Shown piece after piece: positions 19,292 through 27,932 of a stretch of DNA of 64,000 nucleotides (position 1 is its first letter; each line of letters starts with the position of its first letter). Origin of the DNA: Oscillospiraceae bacterium. GTDB lineage: Bacteria > Bacillota > Clostridia > Oscillospirales > CAG-272. The notes beneath the pieces are model-generated. The model had not been told where the DNA came from, made no database searches, and worked only from the letters and a program-made list of their open reading frames with translations. A program made the translations under genes and the position numbers. The DNA is taken from NCBI GenBank assembly GCA_015063845.1, contig SVTJ01000014.1:400-64399 (forward strand). Direction: 5' to 3'.

Positions 19292-19314
19292 AAGAAGTAA
19301 TTTAGGAGTGAACG

Positions 19315-21033
19315 ATGAGCATTGATCTAAGAGCAAATCCGTTTTTTCTTGATGACACTCAAATAAAATGGGTAGAGGATACACTCGCGTCTATGACCGA
19401 CGAGGATAAGCTGCATCAGCTTTTCTGCCTTGTGCTTTACAATGACGACGAGGAGTATTGCAGATATCTCGGTGAGAAGATAAGACCGGGCGGATTTATG
19501 AACAGAGCAATGAGCGCTCGCGAGTGTGTGAGCGCCGTCAGCCGTATGCAGAAGTATTCCCGTATTCCGCTGCTCGTCGCGGCAAATCTCGAGACGGGCG
19601 GAAACGGAATAGTCAAAGAGGGAACAATGCTCGGAAAGCCTATGCAGGTGGCGGCGACGGGCGACGCAGAGCACGCGCGCAGGCTCGGAGAGGTGTGCGG
19701 TGCCGAGGGAGCGGCTGTCGGCTGTAACTGGTCGTTTGCTCCGCTTGTCGATATCGATTATAACTGGAGAAATCCTATAACGAACGTGCGCACCTTCGGC
19801 TCGAACGTAGAAACGGTCGAGAAAATGGGAGTGTCGTATGTAAAGGCGATACAGAAGCACGGTGTTGCCGCGGCTATAAAGCATTTCCCCGGTGACGGCT
19901 GCGACGAGAGAGACCAGCACGTGTCCGCGTCTGTAAACAGCCTTTCCTGCGAGGAGTGGGATAAGACCTACGGAAGAGTTTATTCGTCTTGCATAGAGGC
20001 GGGAGCTAAGACGGTTATGGTGGGGCACATTATGCAGCCTGCCTACACACGCTATTTCTCTCCCGACACAAAGGACAGCGATATGCTTCCCGCATCCGTA
20101 AGCCCTGAGCTTGTGAGCGGACTTCTCCGCAAAAAGCTTGGCTTTAACGGACTTATCATAACAGATTCCACAGCGATGGCGGGTCTTGCGGCGCATCTTC
20201 CGAGAGAGTATATGGTGCCGCGTACGATAGCCGCAGGCTGTGATATGTTCTTGTTCACCAAGAACCTCGAAGAGGATATCTCTTTTATGGAAAAGGGATA
20301 CAGAGAGGGCGTTTTCTCTCGCGAGCGACTTGACGAGGCGGTCACGAGAATACTCGCGCTCAAGGCGTCTCTTGGTCTTTCGAATGAGAAAGAGAATAGC
20401 TTTGACGACCTGTCGGTCGTCGGCTGTGACACGCACAAGGCGTGGAGCGATGAGTGCGCCTCTCGCGCGATAACGCTCGTCAAAGAGGAAAAGGGAGTGT
20501 TCCCGATAACCCCCGAAAGATTTAAGAGAGTGCTGTTTTGTCCGCTTGACAACAAGGGAAATACGGCAGAGGACGGCACGCCGAACGCAAAGCTTCGCAA
20601 GGCGCTTGAAGAGAGGGGGTTTGCTCTTACGGTGTTCACCCCTCAAAACGTAACCGAGGGAAATATGGCGTCGGTGTCCGAGATGGCAGAGAAGTACGAT
20701 ATCATAATCTACTCTGCTATGATAAGGGCGAGATATCAGCCCGTCGGACGCATAGAGTGGTCAAGCCCGCAGGGAGCAAACATTCCTACGCTGTGCCATA
20801 CTATCCCCACTGTGTTTATCTCGCTCGAAAGTCCGTATCACCTTGCGGACGTGCCGCAGGTGCGTACTTATATCAACTGTTACAGCTCAGCGCAGAACGT
20901 CATAGACGCGCTTATGGAAAAGCTTGAGGGCAAGAGCGAGTTTGAGGGAGTGTCTCCCGTGGACGCCTTTTGCGGCAAGTGGGACGCGCGCGTCAGCTTC
21001 GGACCCGAGTGCGAGGCACTCAAAAATAAATGA
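19315..21033 (+). CDS. GH3 glycosidase (NagZ/beta-hexosaminidase-like N-terminal domain)
   Basis: KHFPGDG and GLIITDSTAM (GH3 nucleophile region). 572 aa. No signal peptide. Confidence 0.85.
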   Translation: MSIDLRANPFFLDDTQIKWVEDTLASMTDEDKLHQLFCLVLYNDDEEYCRYLGEKIRPGGFMNRAMSARECVSAVSRMQKYSRIPLLVAANLETGGNGIVKEGTMLGKPMQVAATGDAEHARRLGEVCGAEGAAVGCNWSFAPLVDIDYNWRNPITNVRTFGSNVETVEKMGVSYVKAIQKHGVAAAIKHFPGDGCDERDQHVSASVNSLSCEEWDKTYGRVYSSCIEAGAKTVMVGHIMQPAYTRYFSPDTKDSDMLPASVSPELVSGLLRKKLGFNGLIITDSTAMAGLAAHLPREYMVPRTIAAGCDMFLFTKNLEEDISFMEKGYREGVFSRERLDEAVTRILALKASLGLSNEKENSFDDLSVVGCDTHKAWSDECASRAITLVKEEKGVFPITPERFKRVLFCPLDNKGNTAEDGTPNAKLRKALEERGFALTVFTPQNVTEGNMASVSEMAEKYDIIIYSAMIRARYQPVGRIEWSSPQGANIPTLCHTIPTVFISLESPYHLADVPQVRTYINCYSSAQNVIDALMEKLEGKSEFEGVSPVDAFCGKWDARVSFGPECEALKNK

Positions 21034-21046
21034 TTGGAGAAACGCT

Positions 21047-21691
21047 ATGAAAAATATAAAGGGACTTATATTTGATCTCGATGGAGTATTGCTCTCCACC
21101 GACCATTTTCATTATCTTGCTTGGAAAAAGCTTGCGGACAGACTTGGAATAGAGTTCACCGAGAAGGACAATGAGAGACTTCGCGGCGTCAGCCGTATGG
21201 AGAGCCTTGAAATAATACTTTCGCTCGACCCTTTGGTAAAGCTTAGCGAGGACGAGAAGGTGGCGGTTGCGACGGAGAAGAACGAGCACTACCGTGAATA
21301 CCTCAAAACGATGACCCCCACCGACGTGTCGGACGAGGTAAGAGAGACGCTCGCCTCTCTCCGCAAAAAGGGATATACGCTTGCGGTCGGTTCGTCAAGT
21401 AAGAATACGAGATTTATTCTCGAAAGAACTGCTCTTACCGATTGCTTTGACGCTATCGCGGACGGAAACGATATCAAAAACTCCAAGCCCGACCCCGAGG
21501 TGTTCCTTAAGGCGGCGGAGTTTGTCGGACTTGACGCATCGGTGTGTGCCGTTATCGAGGACGCTGAGGCAGGACTTGAAGCAGCAAACGCCGCAAAAAT
21601 GGTCGCTATCGCATACGCAAGCGCTTATGGTAGCAAGCTTGGAGACGTTCAGCTCGAAAAGTTCTCCGATCTTGACAGACTTTTTAAATAA
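21047..21691 (+). CDS. pgmB: Beta-phosphoglucomutase
   Basis: Start at ATG 21047 (GGAG RBS). Block-by-block match to remembered Lactococcus beta-PGM: FDLDGVLLST, YLAWKKLADRLGI, LRGVSRMESLEIIL, SSSKN...FILERT.LTDCFDAIAD, SKPDPEVF, EDAEAG. Confidence 0.85.
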   Translation: MKNIKGLIFDLDGVLLSTDHFHYLAWKKLADRLGIEFTEKDNERLRGVSRMESLEIILSLDPLVKLSEDEKVAVATEKNEHYREYLKTMTPTDVSDEVRETLASLRKKGYTLAVGSSSKNTRFILERTALTDCFDAIADGNDIKNSKPDPEVFLKAAEFVGLDASVCAVIEDAEAGLEAANAAKMVAIAYASAYGSKLGDVQLEKFSDLDRLFK

Positions 21692-21712
21692 GATAATTTG
21701 GCTTGCTAAATC

Positions 21713-21752
21713 AAAAAAGAGGTATATCGTCGTTGCGATATACCTCTTTTTA
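21713..21752. terminator. Bidirectional terminator between pgmB and murD
   Basis: A6, AGAGGTATATCG-TCGTTG-CGATATACCTCT, T5. Abuts the murD stop codon. Confidence 0.8.
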
Positions 21753-23171
21753 AAATTCATTTACTATGCGCTTGAAAGTATTTCCTCGCTCGGCGAAGTT
21801 TTTAAATGCGTCAAAGCTTGCTGAGGCAGGGGAGAGGAGCACGCAATCGCCCGCTTTTGCTTGTGAGCGCGCGTATGCTACTGCGTCTGCGAAATCCCCC
21901 ACATATTCGCGGTTTATACTGCGGCTTGTGTCAAGCTTATCTATCTCCGCTCCTATTTTTTCTCCCGTTGCTCCCGTCAGCACGACCGTGTGTATGCCGC
22001 CGTGCGCGCATATCGCCTCTGCCAAGGGCGCGTAGGGTATCTTTTTATCGTATCCGCCGCAGATGAGCACTATGCGTCTGCTTGCGAGTGCCGAAAGGGC
22101 TGCCGATGTGCGCGTGGGAGAGGAGTCTATTGAGCTGTTATAATAGTCAACACCGTCAAGCTGTCGCACCCATTCAAGTCGGTGCTCAACTCCGCCAAAG
22201 CTTTCGGCGATATCGAGGTAGACGTCGAACGTAAGGTCACCGAACGTAAGACCGATAGCAGTCATATAATTTTCCACATTGTGCTTACCGGGGAGCTTTA
22301 TGCGAGATATATCAAGCACTTTTTTTGTGATTTGTCCGTCACTTACGCAGACGTATCCGTCAAGCGGGAATATAGCAAAGGCTTTCGCGTGCGAAAAGGG
22401 AACGCTGACGACTTGGTCATAAGAGACTTTTGACGACGAAAAGAGAAATATCTCCATACCGTCGCGGTCGTATTCGTAGGCAATGTTTCTTGTTGTATCA
22501 CACTCCGCGTTCGTGACCAGACGGCGAGTGCGAGAGCCTATTATATTTTTCTTCGCGGTTATATACTCGTCCATTCCCGTGTGCCAATCGAGGTGGTTGG
22601 GGGACACGTTGGTTATGGCGACGCGTTCCGGGGCGGCGGAGAGTGTCATCAGCTGAAAGCTTGAAAGCTCGAGCACGGCGTTTTGCGTTGCTGTCATCTG
22701 CTCGCACTTGTCAAGCAGCGGAGTGCCGATATTTCCGCCAACGTACGTCTTTGCAATACGCTCCTCAAAAAGTCCTGTCAGTGTGGTAGACGTGGTCTTT
22801 CCGTCGCTTCCCGTTATAGCAAACGTGCGAGCGGGAGTAAGCTTTAGGAAGAGCTCCATTTCCGAGGTCAGCTCGGCGCCCGAAGAGAGGGCGTTTTTTA
22901 TTCCGCGGATATCGGGGCGGATACCCGGGGAGCGGAATATCAGCTGTTCGGTTATGCCGTCGAAATTTTTGTCGCACACGACAAAGCGAACGCCACCCTG
23001 CAAAAGCTCCAGCGCGTCCTTGCCGAGCTCTTCGGGGGAGCACTTGTCATAGACGGTGACGCTCACGCCCTCGTGAGCGAGCATGCGCACGAGCGGCAGA
23101 TTTGATACACCCAGCCCGAGCACGGCGCAGCTTCTGCCGTTTACGTATTCTTTTATTTTGCAGAATTTCAT
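21750..23171 (-). CDS. murD: UDP-N-acetylmuramoylalanine--D-glutamate ligase
   Basis: N-terminal Rossmann motif VLGLGVSN, P-loop ITGSDGKTTSTT, Mur ligase C-terminal domain. Confidence 0.9.
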   Translation of the reverse strand: MKFCKIKEYVNGRSCAVLGLGVSNLPLVRMLAHEGVSVTVYDKCSPEELGKDALELLQGGVRFVVCDKNFDGITEQLIFRSPGIRPDIRGIKNALSSGAELTSEMELFLKLTPARTFAITGSDGKTTSTTLTGLFEERIAKTYVGGNIGTPLLDKCEQMTATQNAVLELSSFQLMTLSAAPERVAITNVSPNHLDWHTGMDEYITAKKNIIGSRTRRLVTNAECDTTRNIAYEYDRDGMEIFLFSSSKVSYDQVVSVPFSHAKAFAIFPLDGYVCVSDGQITKKVLDISRIKLPGKHNVENYMTAIGLTFGDLTFDVYLDIAESFGGVEHRLEWVRQLDGVDYYNSSIDSSPTRTSAALSALASRRIVLICGGYDKKIPYAPLAEAICAHGGIHTVVLTGATGEKIGAEIDKLDTSRSINREYVGDFADAVAYARSQAKAGDCVLLSPASASFDAFKNFAERGNTFKRIVNEF

Positions 23172-23198
23172 AGCTCTATCCTCTTACGTTGATAATTT

Positions 23199-23498
23199 AA
23201 ATTAGGATTTATCGGTGAGTTCGCCATAAAAGTTTTCGCGCTCAAGCCGCGTAGGCTTGCCGACGCTCGCAAGCGTCGGAACACCCTCACGGTCACGGGG
23301 GTCTGGGTCCTCCCAGCGCTGCCCGCAGGCAGCGGTTCCCCCTTATAAACATAAAGTTACTTTACGTAACAATAGGGGATTTCGCGCGTTGCGACGAGCG
23401 ACAATGGGCGCCGCCCCTTGACCCCGCAAGTTTTTGAAAAAACTTGACTAAAACTTTACACATCAGGTGCTGGCAAACTCCCCTATAAATCCTAATTT
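23199..23498. repeat. MITE-like element C (300 bp) with 27-nt imperfect TIRs
   Basis: AAATTAGGATTTATCGGTGAGTTCGCC (23199-23225) versus GGCAAACTCCCCTATAAATCCTAATTT (23472-23498). GC-rich core with hairpins at 23260-23279 and 23318-23333. Confidence 0.75.
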
Positions 23499-23745
23499 AC
23501 AACTATATCATAACTATATTATATCTTAGCCCCCGAAAATATGCAAGTGTATATTCTAAAAAATGTAAGGGATTTTAGAAAAAAACGCAGAAAAAGCAAA
23601 AAAGCTCTTTTCAAAACCGTAATTTTATGATACAATAGTTATAACTATATGTTGTGTTCGTTTTTTGATATAAATACAATATGTCGACATAATGACCCAA
23701 CAGTGCACAAATAAACTTACAGATCTGATTTTGGAAGGTGAATTG

Positions 23746-25755
23746 ATGGCAACTAAATCTACCGCTAAATATAACGACCAAAGTATAAAGGCGCTCAAAG
23801 GCGCGGACAGAGTCAGAAAACGCCCTGCCGTTATCTTCGGCTCGGACGGTCTCGAGGGCTGCGAGCACTCGTTTTTTGAAATACTCTCCAACTCCGTCGA
23901 CGAGGCAAAGGAAGGCCACGGAAACGAGATAAAGGTCACCGTTTTTAACGATCGCTCTATTCGCGTTGACGACCACGGACGCGGTGTTCCGCTCGGATAT
24001 AACGAGGCTGAGGGCAGATGGAACTGGGATCTTATTTACTGCGAGCTTTATGCGGGCGGTAAGTATGACAATAATAACGGAGACGCTGCGTATGAGTTCT
24101 CTCTCGGTCTTAATGGACTTGGCGCGTGCGCGACGCAGTATTCATCCGAGTTTATGGACGTTTTTTCATACGACGGAACGAATGAGTATAAGATAAGCTT
24201 TAAAAAGGGTGAGCCGGTGACCGAGCTTTTGACGCGTCCGCTAGATAAAAAAGAGAGACGTACGGGAACGGTCATACATTGGCGTCCCGATATAGAGGTC
24301 TTTACCGATATAAATATCCCTCTTGATTTCTACGTTGAGACTATGCGCCGTCAGTCGGTGGTGAACGCGGGAATAGGCTTTGTGCTCGAGCATCAGGACA
24401 CCGAGGGTAAGTTCTCCGAGCAGAGATTTTACTATGAGAACGGTATATCGGACTATATCTCCGAGCTTACGGGCGGAAACAGCTTGACACCACCCGTGCT
24501 CTGGCATCTCGAAACACAAGGTCGAGACAGAGCGGACAAGGACGAGTACAAGCTCAAGGCTGACTTCTCCTTCTGCGTGTCGAACACCGTGAATATGACC
24601 GAGTATTACCACAACTCAAGCTTCCTTGAATATGGCGGCTCTCCCGATAAGGCGGTAAAGATTGCGTTTGTTAGCGCGCTTGATAAGTATATCAAGGCAC
24701 AGGATAAGTACAACAAGAACGAGAGCAAGATCACGTTCACCGATGTTGCGGACTGTCTTTGCATAGTAGTCAACAGTATGTCGACTATGACCTCTTATGA
24801 GAACCAGACCAAAAAGGCGATAAACAACAGCTTTATATATGAGGCAATGGCGGATTTCCTCAAGACAAATCTTGAGATATACTTTATCGAAAATCCCACC
24901 GCCGCGGAGTTGTTCGCAAATCAGGTCCTTGTAAACAAGAGAAGCCGTGAGAGAGCGGAGAGCGAAAGACTTAGTATAAAGAAAAAGCTGACGGGCACTA
25001 TCGACATCGCTAACAGAGTTGAGAAGTTCGTAAATTGCCGTTCCAAAGACCCCAACGTGCGCGAGCTTTATATAGTTGAGGGAGATTCTGCGCTTACATC
25101 GTGTAAGCTCGGCAGAAATTCCGAATATCAGGCGATAATTCCCGTGCGAGGAAAAACGCTTAACTGTATGAAGAGCAGCTATGAGAAGATATTCAAGAGT
25201 GAGATCATAACCGACCTTCTTCGCGTTATCGGCTGCGGCGTTGAGATAAACGGAAAGGTCAAGGGCGACCTTACGACCTTCGATATGAGCTTGCTCCGCT
25301 GGTCCAAGATAATCATTTGTACAGATGCGGACGAGGACGGCTTCCAGATAAGAACGCTGTTGCTCACGCTTTTCTACCGTTTGCTTCCCACCTTGCTTGC
25401 AGAGCAGAGAGTATTTATCGCGGAAAGCCCGTTGTTTGAGATAACCGTTAAGGGCAAAAAGGACGAGGACGAGATATACTTCGCGTACAACGAGTTTGAA
25501 AAGGCGGAGATACTCCAAAAGCTTGAGGGAAGAAAATATACGCTTCAGCGTTCCAAGGGACTTGGTGAGAACGACCCCGATATGATGTGGCAGACCACTA
25601 TGAACCCCGAAACACGCAGACTTATCGCGGTAACTCCTACCGATGCAGCTCTTACCGAGCAGATGTTCGATACGCTTCTCGGCGACAACCTGCCCGCGAG
25701 AAAGATATTTATATCCGAGCACGGACACGAATATATGAAGGACGCGGATATTTAA
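23746..25755 (+). CDS. Type IIA DNA topoisomerase subunit B (GyrB/ParE family, divergent)
   Basis: Start at ATG 23746 (GGAAGGTG RBS). GHKL N-box EILSNSVDEA, G-box GLNGLGA, Toprim ELYIVEGDSA and IICTDADEDGFQI. No A-subunit gene is adjacent. Confidence 0.85.
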   Translation: MATKSTAKYNDQSIKALKGADRVRKRPAVIFGSDGLEGCEHSFFEILSNSVDEAKEGHGNEIKVTVFNDRSIRVDDHGRGVPLGYNEAEGRWNWDLIYCELYAGGKYDNNNGDAAYEFSLGLNGLGACATQYSSEFMDVFSYDGTNEYKISFKKGEPVTELLTRPLDKKERRTGTVIHWRPDIEVFTDINIPLDFYVETMRRQSVVNAGIGFVLEHQDTEGKFSEQRFYYENGISDYISELTGGNSLTPPVLWHLETQGRDRADKDEYKLKADFSFCVSNTVNMTEYYHNSSFLEYGGSPDKAVKIAFVSALDKYIKAQDKYNKNESKITFTDVADCLCIVVNSMSTMTSYENQTKKAINNSFIYEAMADFLKTNLEIYFIENPTAAELFANQVLVNKRSRERAESERLSIKKKLTGTIDIANRVEKFVNCRSKDPNVRELYIVEGDSALTSCKLGRNSEYQAIIPVRGKTLNCMKSSYEKIFKSEIITDLLRVIGCGVEINGKVKGDLTTFDMSLLRWSKIIICTDADEDGFQIRTLLLTLFYRLLPTLLAEQRVFIAESPLFEITVKGKKDEDEIYFAYNEFEKAEILQKLEGRKYTLQRSKGLGENDPDMMWQTTMNPETRRLIAVTPTDAALTEQMFDTLLGDNLPARKIFISEHGHEYMKDADI

Positions 25756-25774
25756 GCAAAAGTTAATAACAAAC

Positions 25775-25811
25775 AAAAAAAGGGTGGTATTTCATTTGAG
25801 AAATACCACCC
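25775..25811 (-). terminator. Rho-independent terminator for the GH35 gene
   Basis: GGGTGGTATTTC-ATTTGA-GAAATACCACCC. The U tract is on the minus strand only (A7 at 25775-25781). Confidence 0.7.
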
Positions 25812-25828
25812 TGATTCTATATTAAAAA

Positions 25829-27694
25829 TCAAAGCAATTCGAAATCTGCAGAAGCAAGAGTTCCCGCAACGGGCTCGCATAAGAGCGAGTGGTCGAGTGC
25901 GCTGAGCGTCAGATCCGCCTTTGGCGTGTGAAGCTCAAACACCTCAATTACGTTGCCGTCGTCGCGAAGCAGCTCACCTGGGACGTAGAGCGTGCGCTGT
26001 GAGCCTATCTCCCAATATCTGCCGAGGTTGAAGCCGTTGACGAACACAACTCCCTTTTTCCAGCCCTTCATATCAAGGAAGGTATCCACTCCCGCACGAG
26101 CGGAGAACGTACCCTTATAGAATGTGGGGGTGTTGCGGCGTGTGAGGTCGGACGTGTACTTTAAGCCCTTTGTGGACTTGAGCGGTATGCTCTCAATAGT
26201 GAAGTGCATATTGTTCGCAAGGTTATAAAGATGCGAGCCGTCCTCGTTGAGTATACGTACTCTCACGCAACCGTTTATGCCCTTGTAGTCGTACATATTG
26301 TAGCCGTAGTTGATGCGTCCCGTATTCTCGACGAGAATCGTGAGGTCGCTTCCGCCCTTCGCTACCGTAAAGGTTATCTCCTGATTGTCCTCAGCCTGTC
26401 TCATAGCCGTGCCGATATATTTGCCGTCGATGTAGACAGTCGCTCTGTCAGCAAGACCCTCGATAAACAAAATACGCGTTCTGTCATCGGTATAGTTTAT
26501 GTGAGAGGTGTAGCGGATAAATCCGTAGTCCTGGTCCATATCCTCCATACAGATGACCTTGTGAGAGAACACCTTGTTGGTGACAAGGGTGTCAAGATTG
26601 TCCTCGTAGCAAGCCGTTTCGGTTATCTTTATATCATCTATGACCTGCGCTTCATATTTGAACGGGTCAACGTGAGGACGCTTTTGCTTTCCGAGATGCT
26701 CGTCAAGCACGTCGCGAAGTGTAAAATACTTGGGAGTGGGCGTGCCTTCCTCACTTATGGGGGCATTGTAGTCGTAGCTTGTGGACAGCGGATAATAGCC
26801 GTCCTTGCCGAGCGTGCGCGAGAGCGCGCCGTTGGTAAATTCAAAATTCGTACCGCCGCAGAACATATAAAAGTTGACGACGACGTTTTGCTTGAGTGCC
26901 TCGCGGAAGAATTCCACATGCTCCTCGCCAGAGGTGTTCTTAACGAATGAGCGTCCCCAGAACATAATAGAGCCTACCCACGCCTCGCCGATCATAACGG
27001 GCTTGTCGGGCTGGAGAGCGCGGAGCTTATCGAACTGAGGGATAGAGCTCTCCTTTGCGCCGCAGTCGATACCGTTCCAGTTGTCGGGGAGCGTGCCGTT
27101 GAGATACTTGAACGGGTCAACGCCGTTTGCGCTTATGAAGGGAACGTCGATATCCTCGTTTTTGTAAAAATCGCACAGCATACGGAGATACTTTTTGTCG
27201 TCTCCAAAGCTGCCGTATTCGTTTTCAAGTCCTATGAGGATTATAGGACCGCCGTTTGTATAGAGATACGGACGGATAAGGTCACAGAGAACCTTGTTGT
27301 ACTCGTTGATAGCTTCCATATATTTGGGGTCTGAGGAGCGCAGACAAAGCGTTCTGTCCTTCAAGAGCCAGTAGGGAAGACCGCCAAACTCCCACTCACC
27401 GCAAAGATAGGGGGAGCAACGGAGAATGACCTTAAGTCCCTCTTCCTCGGCTTCCTTGATAAAACGGATAAGGTCGCATCTGCCCTCGAAGCAGAACTGT
27501 CCTCTTTCGGGCTCTGTGAGGTTCCACGGAACGTACGTTGTGACCGCGGTAAGACCAAAGTCCTTCATAAGGCGAAGTCTTCTTCTCCAGCCTTCGGGAA
27601 GAGTGCGGAAATAGTGAAAATCTCCGCTTATGAGAAAGAATTTTTCACCGTCGAGATACAAGCCGTCTTTTTTGAGTTCAATCGTATTTTTCAT
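25829..27694 (-). CDS. Beta-galactosidase, GH35
   Basis: GH35 signature GGPIILIGLENEYGS. 621 aa. No signal peptide. Confidence 0.9.
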   Translation of the reverse strand: MKNTIELKKDGLYLDGEKFFLISGDFHYFRTLPEGWRRRLRLMKDFGLTAVTTYVPWNLTEPERGQFCFEGRCDLIRFIKEAEEEGLKVILRCSPYLCGEWEFGGLPYWLLKDRTLCLRSSDPKYMEAINEYNKVLCDLIRPYLYTNGGPIILIGLENEYGSFGDDKKYLRMLCDFYKNEDIDVPFISANGVDPFKYLNGTLPDNWNGIDCGAKESSIPQFDKLRALQPDKPVMIGEAWVGSIMFWGRSFVKNTSGEEHVEFFREALKQNVVVNFYMFCGGTNFEFTNGALSRTLGKDGYYPLSTSYDYNAPISEEGTPTPKYFTLRDVLDEHLGKQKRPHVDPFKYEAQVIDDIKITETACYEDNLDTLVTNKVFSHKVICMEDMDQDYGFIRYTSHINYTDDRTRILFIEGLADRATVYIDGKYIGTAMRQAEDNQEITFTVAKGGSDLTILVENTGRINYGYNMYDYKGINGCVRVRILNEDGSHLYNLANNMHFTIESIPLKSTKGLKYTSDLTRRNTPTFYKGTFSARAGVDTFLDMKGWKKGVVFVNGFNLGRYWEIGSQRTLYVPGELLRDDGNVIEVFELHTPKADLTLSALDHSLLCEPVAGTLASADFELL

Positions 27695-27740
27695 ATAAAC
27701 ACCGTCCTTGTATAGTTATTGCTTTATTGTACTTTTTACG

Positions 27741-27769
27741 ATTATATCACAAATGCTGACGGTTGTAAA
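27741..27769 (-). promoter_or_regulatory. Promoter TTTACA-17-TATAAT (extended TG) for the GH35 gene
   Basis: On the minus strand: TTTACA (27769-27764), 17 nt, TATAAT (27746-27741). Confidence 0.55.
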
Positions 27770-27808
27770 TAGAAAAGCCGATTTTTTTTTGGCGCGGCTT
27801 TCGTACTG

Positions 27809-27859
27809 AATTAGGATCTATCGCTGGGTGCTGTGCGAACCCACCGATAGATCCTGATT
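27809..27859. repeat. Minimal 51-bp element D: two TIR copies around a 21-nt core
   Basis: AATTAGGATCTATCG-CTGGGTGCTGTGCGAACCCAC-CGATAGATCCTGATT. The core is the inverse of GTTCGCACAGCACCC found beside the TIR at 31269-31283. Confidence 0.7.
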
Positions 27860-27875
27860 CATTTGAAAACAGCAA

Positions 27876-27906
27876 GGGAAAAACTTCTTTCAAAGAAGTT
27901 TTCCCC
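27876..27906. repeat. Family hairpin (apex CTTCTTTCAAAGAAG)
   Basis: GGGAAAAACTTCTTT-C-AAAGAAGTTTTCCCC. 27 nt from the lyxose isomerase stop codon. Confidence 0.75.
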
Positions 27907-27932
27907 TTAAAACATATCTTAAGCTTATCCAA

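Noticed and set aside
19327-20646. A 439-aa ORF (and the nested 195-aa ORF at 20052-20639) antisense to the 572-aa GH3 gene.
   Set aside because: Shadow frames. Arg/Ser/Leu-rich, no start context, and they contradict a well-supported sense gene.
23226-23471. TIR-bounded segments acting as invertible promoter switches (invertons).
   Set aside because: Not supported by this sequence. No recombinase is nearby. I found no complete -35/-10 pair inside the segments. Several copies sit between convergent gene ends, where a switch would have nothing to drive. I keep it only as a test suggested under the 23199-23498 finding.
24616-25776. A 386-aa ORF antisense to the topoisomerase B gene. Similar cases are 13478-14392, 16086-16901, 17116-18132 and 40233-41114.
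   Set aside because: All are shadow ORFs opposite genes with strong family motifs.
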